Shown piece after piece: positions 11,141-23,554 of a DNA stretch of 64,000 bases. Position numbers and translations under genes: made by a program. The notes beneath the pieces were generated by a model, which had not been told where the DNA came from, did no database searches, and saw only the letters and a list, made by a program, of their open reading frames with translations. The stretch comes from Azolla caroliniana. Taxonomy: Eukaryota > Plantae > Polypodiophyta. Location: the NCBI GenBank assembly GCA_043228905.1, contig JBHGNT010000014.1:17050001-17114000 (forward strand), in the 5' to 3' direction. Position 1 is the stretch's first letter. Every line of letters begins with the position of its first letter.

Positions 11141-14100
11141 TCTCGAATAAAACCTACGAAAGAAACTGTGTACCCAATGTACAGTATCTATCCCCAACGA
11201 GCGAGTGAGCAAGCGAACATATATATTAGTATCCTCCTCTCGATAAGTTCTTAAAGATGTATGATCCTGAACATCACAAGATGTTCATACAGTAGGTTTT
11301 CGTAACAAACATCACGTCCACAGTAAAATGCAGACCCCATAAATGTGGTGGTTTTAAGATTGTTGTGTTGGAATCAAAGTGTTTGGGGGCAATCAGAGAC
11401 AAAAAACACTAGATGTTAATTAATGCTCTAGCTCCCCTCCATGCAGTACTAGAAAAGAAAAAAGTGAAGCCAACTCACCTGTGCATGACTCTACCAACCA
11501 GCTTACCCCTCGAATCTAACCAACCAGTGGCACAAACAATTCATGACATTTGTATGTAGGTGCATTAACATCCAAAGCGGTCATCAAAAGGATTCATACT
11601 TTTTGGTTTTCTATACCCCCCCCCCCCCCCCTCCCCCACACACACACACACACACACATGGTATGAACTGTAGAGATGAAAGGATGGTGATATGTATCGT
11701 TGACTCGTTTACACTTGCATAGTGAACATTGCTTCATTCAATTTCTTATGCACTTATTGTCTTTATGTTCATTTCATTCTTCATATCAATTTGTTTCTAG
11801 TCATCTTCCAAAAGAATCATTTGTGCCTTTTCTCTAAATAAAAGTTAAGAATAACATCATCATGCTTAAGTTGTCTTCTTTTGCAACTGGCTTCTTGTTT
11901 GTATACTTAGTAAGTAGGCAATTCATGGCAAATAAATCATTTTAATGACCAAGGATATAAGTATTTCATATGCATGACAATGCCCATCTTAGACCAAGTC
12001 ATGCTAAATTCTCCTAGATTTAGTGCTACCTTAGTTAAATATGAAATATTCCCATGTTGGGACAATATAGTTAAAAGGCAAAAGTTATTCACTAGCATTT
12101 GTAAGTAACTTTTTTATGGTTCAACGGATTCGTGCAAAAGTGCATGCTTGGAAAAAGGTTGACTAGCTTGAGTGGTTTAACGTGTCTCATGGAACTTTAG
12201 GATGGAACAACATGACCACTTTGGAGGGAATTTTTCTCATTAAACTACATCTTTCTCAATAACATGGTTCATCATTTTTCTCATTAAAATACATTGATTA
12301 CATTATTAATCGTTGGAATTGATATATTCAAACTTTATACGGTAATCTTGATACTAACCTAACCCTAAGATGAAGTATAGTTTTTTGTGAGATCTCCCAA
12401 GTTTTATTTTTAGGGCAAAGACAAGCGAGTGACTAGTCACATTGAGTATGTGTGGGCATGACTCTTCATAAAATTTTGTGTTGGGAATATCTAGAGAGGC
12501 TTGTTCTTCAAAAACCAATATTGTGAGATATCTTGGCCCTTGGGTTAGTTCATTAGTCATGTCTCATTAAGATCTTTTCATGGTTAAATGAAACTAGATT
12601 GCATGGAGATAGGTATATGTTGTCAATAAATATCGATGCATTTTTGCCATGTGAACGTATTTCTTTCAATGCACTAACCTCGAACATTTACACTTTTATT
12701 ATGTATTTGAATGAGGTGTTATTGTATTTCCCAATGCCATATGGCATTGAATTGTTCCGAACTTCTCTGGATGCTTCTATCATGATTCATGACATTTAAA
12801 ACCACTCATCGATGCAAAAGCATAGCACCACATAGAGAATCGTATTGAAACCTAAAAGTTGTAGACGTTAAAAATGTTTGGGATTATCAAATGCATATGT
12901 TGATGCTTATTTAGCGATTCATGCATACGTTGTGTAAACTTTTGTGGTTAGACATGAGAATATTACATGACTTGTAATGCACAACTATTTTAACTACGTG
13001 TGATTCTTTTCACATATCATCCATTAATGTTACAAATGTAATTGGTAGGGAACTTGTATAACTCACGACACATTGATTGAACTAAAGTGTCATAGTTGGA
13101 GCTAGAAGTGGTGCTCTAGAGAAACGTTAAGTTCAAGCCTCAGGAATCCGACATATTATAGTCTAAAGAGAAATATGGTTTGCATGCCTTGCTAGGTAGA
13201 ATGTGAACATTAGAGCTACATGTGCTGTTTTGGGAAAGCAATAACTAGAATGTCATCAATGTTTTGATAATAAAAAAATTGGTAAGGCTCAAGACTTGTT
13301 CGTGCATGAGGCATCTAATTGTTTAAAAATACACATGTTTCACGTTCTTTGTTCAATAAAATGCAAGTGCCTTAGTTGTTTGACAATTTGGGCATATACA
13401 AAATTTGGACTAATTTAGGTTTAATTTAGTTGAAATTTAGGTTTACTTTGGAATATGTATTTTTGCCATGAATTTGTAGACGTGCTTCTGTGTTGTGCAT
13501 ATTCCATTAGAAATTGATGGCATTTTCATGGAAAACTTTTGAAGGATTTTTCACTCATCTCGATATAATCTTAGTGAAAGATCCCTTTCCAACTCTCAAC
13601 CCCTTGCCAAACCTCCTTACCATAAAATAAAATATTTAGGAAAAGTTGTCGAGCTAGCAATCAATAGGCTTGTAGCTCTTGTTTCTTCTTCTTATTTTAG
13701 CCACACTAACTATGCAAGGATTAATAAACTCGTAACAAAAATGTATTTGTTATAGTTTGTGCTCAATAATTAGGTGATGTTTGACAACTCCATAAAAAAT
13801 TCATGGTAGCTATCATAAAATCAATTCATTTCTCCCAATTGATGTTGAGATTTATTCATCACCTTACTTCAGTATACTATACTACTTTGTCCCTGTCATC
13901 TCTATGTTTTTAAATGGAAAGAGCTGATCTGTGTTATTCACTTATATTGAGCATCTTACCTAACAATAATAAGCTCGTTCCATTTAAATACATGGAGATG
14001 ACAAGGACAAAAACTGTTATAATGTTTACAATATTTGTGGAAGAATTCTTCTCGCCTCAAACTTTTACAACCATTTTCTTAATCCCTTCTTATTGTTGCC

Positions 14101-14180
14101 ATTCAAGACATCTAAATAAGCCTCAATGCCCTTAACAACTTAGTATTTTGGCATTACCTAAAGCTTGGTTTAGACTTAAC

Positions 14181-14407
14181 TGATGGAGTTTACCTCCAGA
14201 TATAAGCAAGAAAAAAGAGAGACAGAAACAGAAACTTAAAATACACAGTACACGAGATTTACGTGGAAACTCTAAAATAGGGAAAAACCATGAGGCAACA
14301 AGATTTCACTATGAGACAAAAATATAACAAAGAGAGACAGGTTACAAAGCTCTCAAAATTTCTATCTACCAAACTCAGATCTCATAGGATCCCTTTCTAA
14401 GTGAGAC

Positions 14408-14438
<31 letters not shown>

Positions 14439-14825
14439 AATAAGATATTATTATAATATAATAATAATTAATCGTCCGACTTGTTGACTCAACTGTCTGA
14501 CCCACAAGTCGTTAGTCTGGTCGGTCCGGCTAGCTAATTCCTATTGTCGACTAGTTGGTCTCAACTTCGACTACCGGGTCGGCCCGACTTGTCGACACAA
14601 CTATTCGGCCAAGTCATCTGATCCTCAAGTCTTCACATTTGTTGATCCTGATTCCTCAATAAAGTCGACTCGTTGATTGATCTAGTTGATTCTCCATTGC
14701 CTTCAATCCGATCAAATCAGTCGAACACCAAGTCGACTCGTTGGTCGATCCGGTTGACCGACTAGAATCCGGCTGCCAATTTCTCCCATTAGGAGGGACA
14801 AAGTCCTAACAAAACTCCCCCTTCA
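14181..14825 (-). mobile_element. Tork/Tnt1-type copia 3' LTR (14181-14811) with PPT; rest of element deleted
   Basis: TG..CA ends. U5 motif GATTTACGTGGAAA..GGGAAAAACCA is shared with the other copia LTRs here. The reverse complement starts TGTTAGGACTTTGTCCCTCC, preceded by PPT [15 protein letters not shown]. Confidence 0.8.
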
Positions 14826-14839
14826 CAAATTGGCAAATC

Positions 14840-15025
14840 AAACCTCTTGGCATAGACAAGTTGCGGCAATTTTTGAGTATGCTTGGCTTGCAACACCCTG
14901 ACTTGCCAAACTTGAGGGGGAGTGTCACAACATAGTGACATAAAATATATAGTTGATGAGGATTGAGCCTACAACCTCACGTCATCAAGATATCGTGCTC
15001 AACCATTTTGATACGAGCATGTATT
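14840..15025 (+). mobile_element. 3' fragment of a different copia: RNase H C-terminus, PPT and start of 3' LTR (14923) carrying an antisense tRNA-like segment
   Basis: Frame from 14840 reads KPLGIDKLRQFLSMLGLQHPDLPNLRG, resembling a copia pol end. PPT [11 protein letters not shown] is followed by TGTCACAACATAGTGACA. Confidence 0.6.
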
Positions 15026-15029
15026 CGTA

Positions 15030-16536
15030 TATAATTCTGGGTATTCATATACCAGAATTCTTATTAATAATTCATACATTTCATTGCCATTTTCAAATTG
15101 ATTCTAATTTTGTTCAGTTGGTAGAAAATTTAAATTGGATAAACTCTATTAATTTCCATTGGAGTTCAGGTATCGACAAGCTTTCCATGGGTCTCATTCT
15201 ATCAACGGGTTTTGTTACAACTTTGACAACTTCAGCAGCTTGGCCAATAACACGCAATAGAAGACTATTCTATTTCCTAATGTTAGCCATGTATAGTGGC
15301 CAAATCGGATTATTTGCCTCTCGGGATATTTTGCTTTTCTTCCTCATGTGGGACCTCAAACTTATTCCAATCTATTTGCTTTTGTGTTTGTGGGGCAGGA
15401 AGAGATGTTCATATTTAGCTACCAAATTTGTTCTATATACGACTAGTGGTTCCATTTTCCTTTTAATAGTTGCGTTTACTATGGGTTTCTATGGAACAGA
15501 GACACCCCCTTTTGACATTCAAGATTTGACTTATAAATCATATCCTATAACATCCGAAGTCCTTATCTATTTAGGTTTTCTAATAGCTTATGCGGTAAAA
15601 CTACCACTCTTTCCTTTTCATACTTGGTTACTTGACACTCATGGTGAGGCTCATTACAGTACATGTATGTTACTCGCTAGGATATTACTCAAAATGTGAG
15701 GGTACGGATTGGTCCGAATAAACCTAAGGATACTGACCCACGCACACTCCATCTACAACTCATGGTTAGTTTTGTTGGAAGTGGCCCAGATCGTATACAC
15801 CTCTATTATTTCCATCAATCAACGTAATCTCAAGAGGACAATACCATTTTCTTCAATCTCCCACATGGGCTTTGTAACAATCGGAATAGGCTCTTCAACA
15901 AACATGGGTATTAATGGAGCAATGTAACAAATGATTTCCCATGGTTTGATAGGTGCAACCCTTTTCTTTCTCGCAGGGACTCTATACGATCAAACTCGTA
16001 CTCTTTTTTTGGATCAACTAGGAGGAACGGAAATTCAAATGCCTAGACTATTTATAATGTTTTCTATCTTTTCGTTTGCATCTTTAGCATTACCAGGAAT
16101 GAGTGGGTTCGCATAAGAATCATTAGTATTCTCGGGAGTTGTCACTAACAAGCAATATTCATTCTTATTCAAAGTCGGAATAACTGTAGTAGAAGTTGTT
16201 GGTACAACATTAACCCCCATCTATCCATTATCTATGGTACATCGAACCTTTTATGGGTACAAACTGTCAGGAACGCATGCTCCCTTTCCACACTCTCGGC
16301 CACAACCGAGTCTAAAATCGAACACAGAAAATGGATAATGAAACGCACGACACAAAGGAGAGAAGAGTACACAGGATGTTTAACGTGGAAAACCCTGAGA
16401 GGGAAAAACCACGGGAGTCCACAGACTCCAAACTATCACTATATCACAATGATTACAACAGTGAGCTCACGGAGGCAACGACCTCATGCTCACGATCTTC
16501 GCCACAGGCGGCGGTTACAACAGAGGCAACAACCTC

Positions 16537-16578
<42 letters not shown>

Positions 16579-17197
16579 CACTGTTACACGTTCTCTAGTC
16601 TTGCACCAACAAGAATGACCACTACATAATCAGTTTACCCTAAGTCATATTTATACTAATATGACTTCTCGGCTATTTACAAATATAGTCCCGATGGACT
16701 CTCAGAAACATATTTACAAATATGTCCCTTCATCTAGTGAGCACTTCTCACCGGGTCTTCACCATCCGGCTCTTGCCGGGTACTCGTCATCCGGTTCTCA
16801 CCGGGTCCTCTGTAGCCGGGTACTCGTCATCCGGCGCTTGCCGGGTACACCACATCCGGTTCTCATCGGGTCTTCCGTTGCCGGGTGCTTGTCATCCGGT
16901 TCTCACCGGGTCTTCCGTAACCAGGTACTCGTCATCCGGCACTTGCCAAGTACACCACATCCGGTTTTGGCCTCGACCTATCGGCCTCGGCCGAGTTTGC
17001 TCATAAGTATTGTTCTTCTCATTTCCCATCTGGAGGGACTTGTTTCCTAACACAAACAATCCGACAAATTAGATCCGTATCTAACCGATTCTGGACCTAG
17101 AGAACTATTTACTTCAGTTTGTCTTTTCCTACCTATACTAGGTATCGGTCTATACCCAAACATGGTTCTGAGTTTATGGAACAATGACGTACTTTAA
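15030..17197 (+). pseudogene. ndhD: Nuclear plastid DNA insertion (NUPT): ndhD pseudogene, 5'-truncated, split by a solo LTR
   Basis: Clear NdhD motifs ([65 protein letters not shown]). After the LTR it resumes as [18 protein letters not shown]. In-frame stops at 15697, 15925 and 16114. Confidence 0.95.
16265..17052 (-). mobile_element. Solo LTR of the Tork/Tnt1-like copia family, inserted in ndhD
   Basis: TG..CA ends with perfect 5-bp TSD CAAAC (16260-16264 / 17053-17057). Homologous to the LTRs at 17652 and 22329. The ndhD frame rejoins when it is removed. Confidence 0.95.
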
Positions 17198-17255
17198 AAT
17201 TTGTCTTTACATTCCTTTTCATTGTGAAATGATGGATGTATAGGTGCACAAAAAG

Positions 17256-17291
<36 letters not shown>

Positions 17292-17651
17292 CCTTTTTTC
17301 ATTTAGATCTTATAAATGATATTTTTTTGTCTAAAACTCTTGTTGATTGGTTAATGCCAAAGTTTTGCAGATTTTCTGGTATTTGGGGAACACTCAAAAG
17401 GTAACCCCCCTACTTACCTCCTGATAGATGATATTATCAACTGTACTCATAATTCCAGAGAAGGATGGAGGAAAGTAAAAGAAATTGACCAAATAAGGAA
17501 AAAGATGAGATAATAAGAATCATACTATCTGTTCGTTTCTACCGGTGTCTTGAAGAAAACCGGCCTTAGGTGGAATCGATGAAAAAGGCGCGTGAACCGG
17601 CCCTTACGCGCGGGCACAAGTATTGATAAGGAGTACATAATTAGGAATAGG

Positions 17652-20600
17652 TGTTGGGAGACAGGTCCCTCCGGATGGGATAGGAGAAGAACAGACCCGG
17701 TGAGGATCAGATGAGGAGTACCCGGCTACGGAGAGCCGGATGGTGCAGACCCGGTGAGGAATGCTCACCGGATGAAGGGACATATTCGTAAATATGTTTC
17801 TGAGAGGCCATCGAGGCTATATTTGTAAATAGCCGAAAAGTCATATTAATATAAATATGACTTAGGGCAAACTTTTAGTAACTACTGTTGTTGTCATATT
17901 CTTGTTGGTGCAAGAAAAGAGAGAGCGTGTAACAGTGTACAGAGAGAGAGAGAGAGAGAGAGAGAAAGAGGTCGTTGCCTTGGTTGTAACCGCCGCCTGT
18001 GGCGAGGATCGTGAGCATGAGGTCGTTGCCTCCGTGAACTCATTGTTGTACATTCTAACATAGTGATAGTTTGCAGCATGTGGGCTGCCGTGGTTTTTTC
18101 CCTTAGTTTGGGTTTTTCCACGTAAACATCCTGCGTACTCGTCTCTTCTTCGTGTCGTACATTTATTTCCCGTTTTCTGTGTATGATTCTAAGCTCGGTT
18201 GTGGCCGAGCGTTGCACATAAGGAGCGTTGCGGTTCCCGTCAAGTGGTATTAGGGCGAAACAACACAGAAAATGGACGAATCGTTTGGCGGCATGTTCAA
18301 GCTCACCAGCTCCAACTATTCGGTATGGAAGTCGAAGATGAGGGACATGCTCGTGGTTAAAGATCTTTGGTTGCCGGTTCAGTTTGGGAACAAGAGACCG
18401 GACAAAATCGATGCCACGATATGGGAGGTGATGCACATGAAGACAACGGCTTATATACGATGCTTCATCGACATGAGCCTATACAACAACTTCAATGAAG
18501 AGAGCAAGGCTCATGAGCTCTGGGAGAAGATCGACATTATGTTTCAAAACAAAAATGCTGTTAATCAGGTTTCGGTGTTCCGGAAGCTAGTAAGACTCCG
18601 GTACCAAGATGGCTCCAGCATGGCGGAGCACATGAATGCCTTCCAGGGGCTGATCCACTAGGCAACTTCATTGGAAGTACCTCTCGCCGATGAGGTACTT
18701 GCGCTACTCTTGCTCGGTTCCCTCCCGGATAGCTGGGAGACGTTGGTTGTCACTTTGGGCAACGCCGGGCCGGAAGGAAAGTGGTTATCCCTAGCAAGAG
18801 TAAAGTCGAGCTTGCTAGATGAGGAGGCGTGTCGGAAAGACAAAGATACGAGCTCCGACTCCAAAGCACTCCTTACCGAATCGGAACGCGGAAGACATAG
18901 AAACCGTAGTCCCCAGAACCGGGAGAAGTCGGGGACACGGTCAAAGTCAAGGGGGAGACCTACTTGCTTCTATTGCGGCAAGCTGGGACACTTCCAGAAG
19001 AACTGTCGGCATTTCCGGAAAGACAAGGAAACCAACGGTACCGATTCGAAGCGGACACCGGAACGGACCGGTAAAGACCGGAGGGGGCCGGACCGGAAGG
19101 GGACGACGACAATCGCGGCAAGTGAAGAAGAGTTGATGCTCATCACCGAGGAGAGTGAGATAAACCTTGCCGGCGACGAGATGACCTGGGTGGTAGACTC
19201 CGGAGCGTCGTTCCACCTTACCCCGGACCGGAAATGCTTCTCATTCTACGCAGCCGGTGATCACGGCTGTGTCCGGATGGGGAATGAAGGTACATGCCAA
19301 ATTGTCGGCATGGGAGACCTGTGGCTGTCAACACCAACCGGATGCAAGTTGCTGCTGAAGGATGTCCGACACGTTCCGGAGGTTCGTCTGAACCTGATAT
19401 CAGCCGGTCGGCTAGATGATGAAGGCTACACGGGTAGCATCCGGAACGGTGTCATGAAGTTCAGCAAAGGGAGCCTGATTGTGGCTCGGGCCCGGAAGGT
19501 CAACACACTGTACCTGATGAATGCCCGATTATGTCCGGAAGAAGTGAACGTGGCATCTGACACTCCCGGTGAGCTGTGGCACAAGAGGCTGTGTCATATG
19601 AGCGAGAAGGGGATGAAGAGGCTTGCAGACGACAACCTCATTCCAGTGAAGAACGTGCACTTGGAGAAGTGCACTGATTGTCTGGCCGGTAAGCAAAACC
19701 GGACCTCCTTCCGACCAAGGTCACCGATGAGACGCAATGCACCACTGGAGTTGGTGCATACTGATGTGTGTCAAGTAGACACGAAGTCACATGCCGGAGC
19801 GCAGTACTTCGTGACGTTCATAGATGACCACAACCGGAAGCTGTGGGCCACACCGTTGAAGACGAAGGATCAGGTGCTATCCGTCTTCAAAGAGCTCCAC
19901 GTGAGAGTGGAAAGAGAAACTGGCCGGAAGCTGAAGGCGGTTCGAGCAGATAATGGAGGAGAATACCGGGGGCAGTTCGAGGAGTACTGCCGCTCGAAGG
20001 GAATCCGGCTCGAATTTACCGTGCCGAAGACGCCGAAACTAAACGGACTGGCCGAGAGGATGAACCAAACCATAATGGAGAGGGTCCGGAGTATGCTGGC
20101 GCATGCAAAACTACCCAAGAAGTTTTGGGCTGAGGCATTTTCGACGGCGACATATGTGATAAATAGATCACCCTCAGTACCCTTGGACGGAGACACGCCA
20201 CAGAGAGTGTGGATTGGTAAGGAAGTATCCTACCGGCATCTGAAGGTGTTTGGGTGTCTCGCGTACGTGCATGCAGCTAAGGACCGGAGAGGAAAGTTAG
20301 ATCCAAAGACCCGACCATGCATATTCCTCGGTTATGGTGACGATGAGTTCGACTACCGAGTGTGGGACTTGGTCGACAAGAAGGTATTCCGGAGTAGAGA
20401 TATTATCTTCATGGAGGATAAGATGCTCGCCGACTGGGAGTCAGAGAAGAAGATAATGAACTCCGAGTCGACCGGTAAGGATAAACTCTACAATGAACAG
20501 ACCCAAATGGCAAGAGACCGGTTAGCACTCGAGGAGCCAGCCGGTTACGGTGAGGATATCGAACCGGCAGAAGAAGAAGTAGAGGAAGCTGAAACCGGAA

Positions 20601-23021
20601 CCGGCCAAGACCCCGAAACATATTCGGATGAAGAGCAAATGGAGGAGCCGGTTACCGAAGCCCGAAGACGGAGATATCCTCTCAGAGAGAGAAGGGCGCC
20701 CCAGAGATTTCCGGATGCAGAGCATGTTCTGCTGACCGATGAGGGGGAGCCAGAAAGCTTCGAAGAAGCGAAGGATGACACCCACAGCCGCAAATGGTTA
20801 AGTGCCATGTAGGATGAGATGGATTCCCTGCATGAGAACCATACGTACGAATTGGTGGAGTTGCCGAAAGGAAAGCGGGCACTCCGAAACAAGTGGGTGT
20901 ACAAGTTGAAACCGGGAGATGCCGGCAACCCCTAGAGATACAAAGCCAGGATCGTGGTGAAGGGGTTCCAGCAGAAAAAGGGCGTGGACTTTGACGAGAT
21001 ATTTGCCCCGGTAGTAAAGATGACCTCCATCCGGACGGTGCTGAGTATAGTGGCAAGCATGGACCTCGAGGTAGAATAGCTGGACGTGAAGACGACATTC
21101 CTTCACGGCGACCTTGAAGAGGAGATCTACATGCAGCAACCAGAGGGATTTGTGGAGAAAGGGAAGGAGCACCTGGTATGCCGGTTGAAGAAGAGCCTCT
21201 ACGGGTTGAAGCAGGCCCCCCGGCAATGGTACCGGAAGTTCGACTCCTTCATGACCGATCAAGGGTACCACAAGACGCAGGCCGATCACTGCGTGTTTGT
21301 GAAGAACTTCGAAGGAGGTGATTTCCTGATACTCCTTCTGTACGTGGACGACATGTTGATCGTCGGACGGGACCAAGCCAAAATACGGATGCTGAAGAAG
21401 GCTCTCAACCGGACCTTCTCAATGAAAGACTTGTGTCCGGCAAGACAGATGCTGGGGATGCATATTATTCGAAACCGGTCAGCGAAGCAATTATGGTTGT
21501 CACAGGAGAAGTACGTGACAAAGGTGCTTCACCGGTTCAACATGTCAGATGTGAAACCGGTCGGATAGACACTTCCGGCAAACTGCAGGTTATCTGGTAA
21601 GCAAAGCCCGAAGACGAAAGCAGAGAAGGCGGATATGATGAAGATTCCATATGCCTCTGCCGTCGGGAGCTTAATGTACGCAATGGTTTGTACCCGACCG
21701 GATATAGGATACGCAGTCGGAGTGGTGAGCCGGTTCAGGAGCAATCTCAGCAAGGAGCACTAGAACGCGGTCAAATGGATACTCCGGTATTTGAAGGGCA
21801 CTTCAAATATGTGTCTCCGATTCGGCTCCGAAAAACCTCAACTGGACGGTTTCACCGATTCGGACATGTCGGCTGATGTGGATACCAACCGGTCTACATC
21901 CGGGTATGTAATGACATATGCAGGGGGAGTTGTTTCGTGGCAGTCGAGGCTGCAGAAGATGGTTGCATTGTCAACCACGGAGGCGGAGTACATGGCAGCT
22001 GTGGAAGCCGGCAAGGAAATATTATGGATGAAGGACTTCATCGGAGAGCTCGGTATCCGGCAAGAGGAATACCGGCTCTATTGTGACAGTCAAAGTGCGA
22101 TCCACCTTGCTAAGAATGCGGCCTATCATTCCCGGACGAAGCATATCCAGCGAAGATATCACTGGATCCGGGAAAGAGTAGATGACCAAGAGTTCGCACT
22201 GACGAAGATCCACACGGCCGAGAACGGGTCAGACATGCTGACCAAAGTGCTGATACCCGACAAGCTGGATGCATGCTGGAAGAGGATCGGACTAGTAAGA
22301 CACCCCATGCCGGAGTGAAGGGGGAGTTTGTTGGGAGACAGGTCCCTCCGGATGGGATAGGAGAAGAACAGACCTAGTGAGGACCGGATGAGGAGTACTC
22401 GGCTACGGAGAGCCAGATGGTGCAGACCCGGTGAAGACCGGATGAGGAATACCCGACTACGGAGAGCCGGATGGTGCAGACCCGGTGAGGACCGGATGAG
22501 GAGTACCCGGCTACGGAGAGCTGGATGGTGCAGACCCGGTGAGGAATGCTCATCGGATGAAGGGACATATTCGTAAATATGTTTTTGAGAGGCCATCGAG
22601 GCTATATTTGTAAATAGCCGAAAAGTCATATTAGTATAAATATGACTTAGGGCAAACTTTTAGTAACTACTGTTGTTGTCATATTCTTGTTGGTGCAAGA
22701 AAAGAGAGAGCGTGTAACAGTGTACAGAGAGAGAGAGAGAGAGAAAGAGGTCGTTGCCTCAGTTGTAACCGCCGCCTGTGGCGAGGATCGTGAGCACGAG
22801 GTCGTTGCCTCCGTGAACTCATTGTTGTACATTCTAACATAGTGATAGTTTGCAGCATGTGGGCTGCCGTGATTTTTTCCCTTAGTATGGGTTTTTCCAC
22901 GTAAACATCCTGCGTACTCGTCTCTTCTTCGTGTCGTACATTTATTTCCCGTTTTCTGTGTATGATTCTAAGCTCAGTTGTGGCCGAGCGTTGCGCATAA
23001 GGAGCGTTGCGGTTCCCGTCA
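17652..23021 (+). mobile_element. Full-length Tnt1/Tork-like Ty1/copia element (Copia-1) inserted in the E1 5' LTR
   Basis: LTRs 17652-18242 and 22329-23021. TSD ATAGG on both sides. Degenerate tRNA-iMet PBS TGGTATTAGGGC at 18245. PPT [10 protein letters not shown]. Lineage assigned from recalled similarity to Tnt1 pol. Confidence 0.97.
18272..22318 (+). pseudogene. Copia-1 gag-pol (gag, CCHC, PR, INT, RT, RNase H) with several in-frame stops
   Basis: CFYCGKLGHFQKNC, WVVDSGASFH, LWHKRLCH, HTDVC..DNGGEY, LLLYVDDML and TDSDMSAD. Single frame broken by TAG codons (e.g. 18659, 20810, 21566). Confidence 0.95.
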
Positions 23022-23554
23022 ATAGGTAGGCTGATGAAAATATCCTAGGAAGATTATATTAATAGGCTAGTGAATCGACGCGGATCTCTGTCCGAAGGGA
23101 CAGAGAATAAAAGCGATGTGACCAGGGTGTAACGGTTCCTCCCCGGCGGCCTATAAAAGGGAAGGGGAGAAGACTGAGAGAATATCGTGTTTTGGCTAGG
23201 ACGAGGTGCTGTCGGACTGGGAACCGAGCTCTCTCCTCCTCTATCCTTGTTCTCTGCAGGATTTCTGAGTTGGTCGCCTCTGCTTCGAGGAAAGCCCGTG
23301 TGGCTTCTGGCAAAGGCTCTATTGTGTGTGTGTGCGCATGGAGGCGTGATTGTCTGGGTTGGGTCTGTCGCCGGCTATCCGGCTGTAACCTTACAAACAG
23401 TGTAACCTTTACTGTTATCGTAATCAAATCTCTTGTCTTCTCTTTCTCTCTGCGTTTCTGCGAGTCTTTCTTTTACGCGAATGTGCATCTTGTTCCGATA
23501 CACATAGTGGTTCATTTAGCCAGCAAGCGTTGTTAGTTGCAAACGGTGTTGCGG

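Noticed and set aside
11750-14150. AT-rich block that might be a decayed DNA-transposon coding region
   Set aside because: I could not recover any transposase motif or termini by eye. A tBLASTx or HMM search is needed.
15697-16116. ndhD internal stops as reverse (U-to-C) editing sites
   Set aside because: They fall at Gly, Leu and Ala-type positions, not Gln or Arg, so they are better explained as post-transfer mutations.
17250-17545. (AT)n palindrome and downstream sequence as continued plastid DNA (ccsA or ycf66-like LFGQFLL on the minus strand)
   Set aside because: No ccsA motifs were found, and the ycf66 resemblance is too short to support.
22370-22545. CRISPR-like array
   Set aside because: Head-to-tail tandem units without unique spacers, inside a eukaryotic LTR, with no cas genes.
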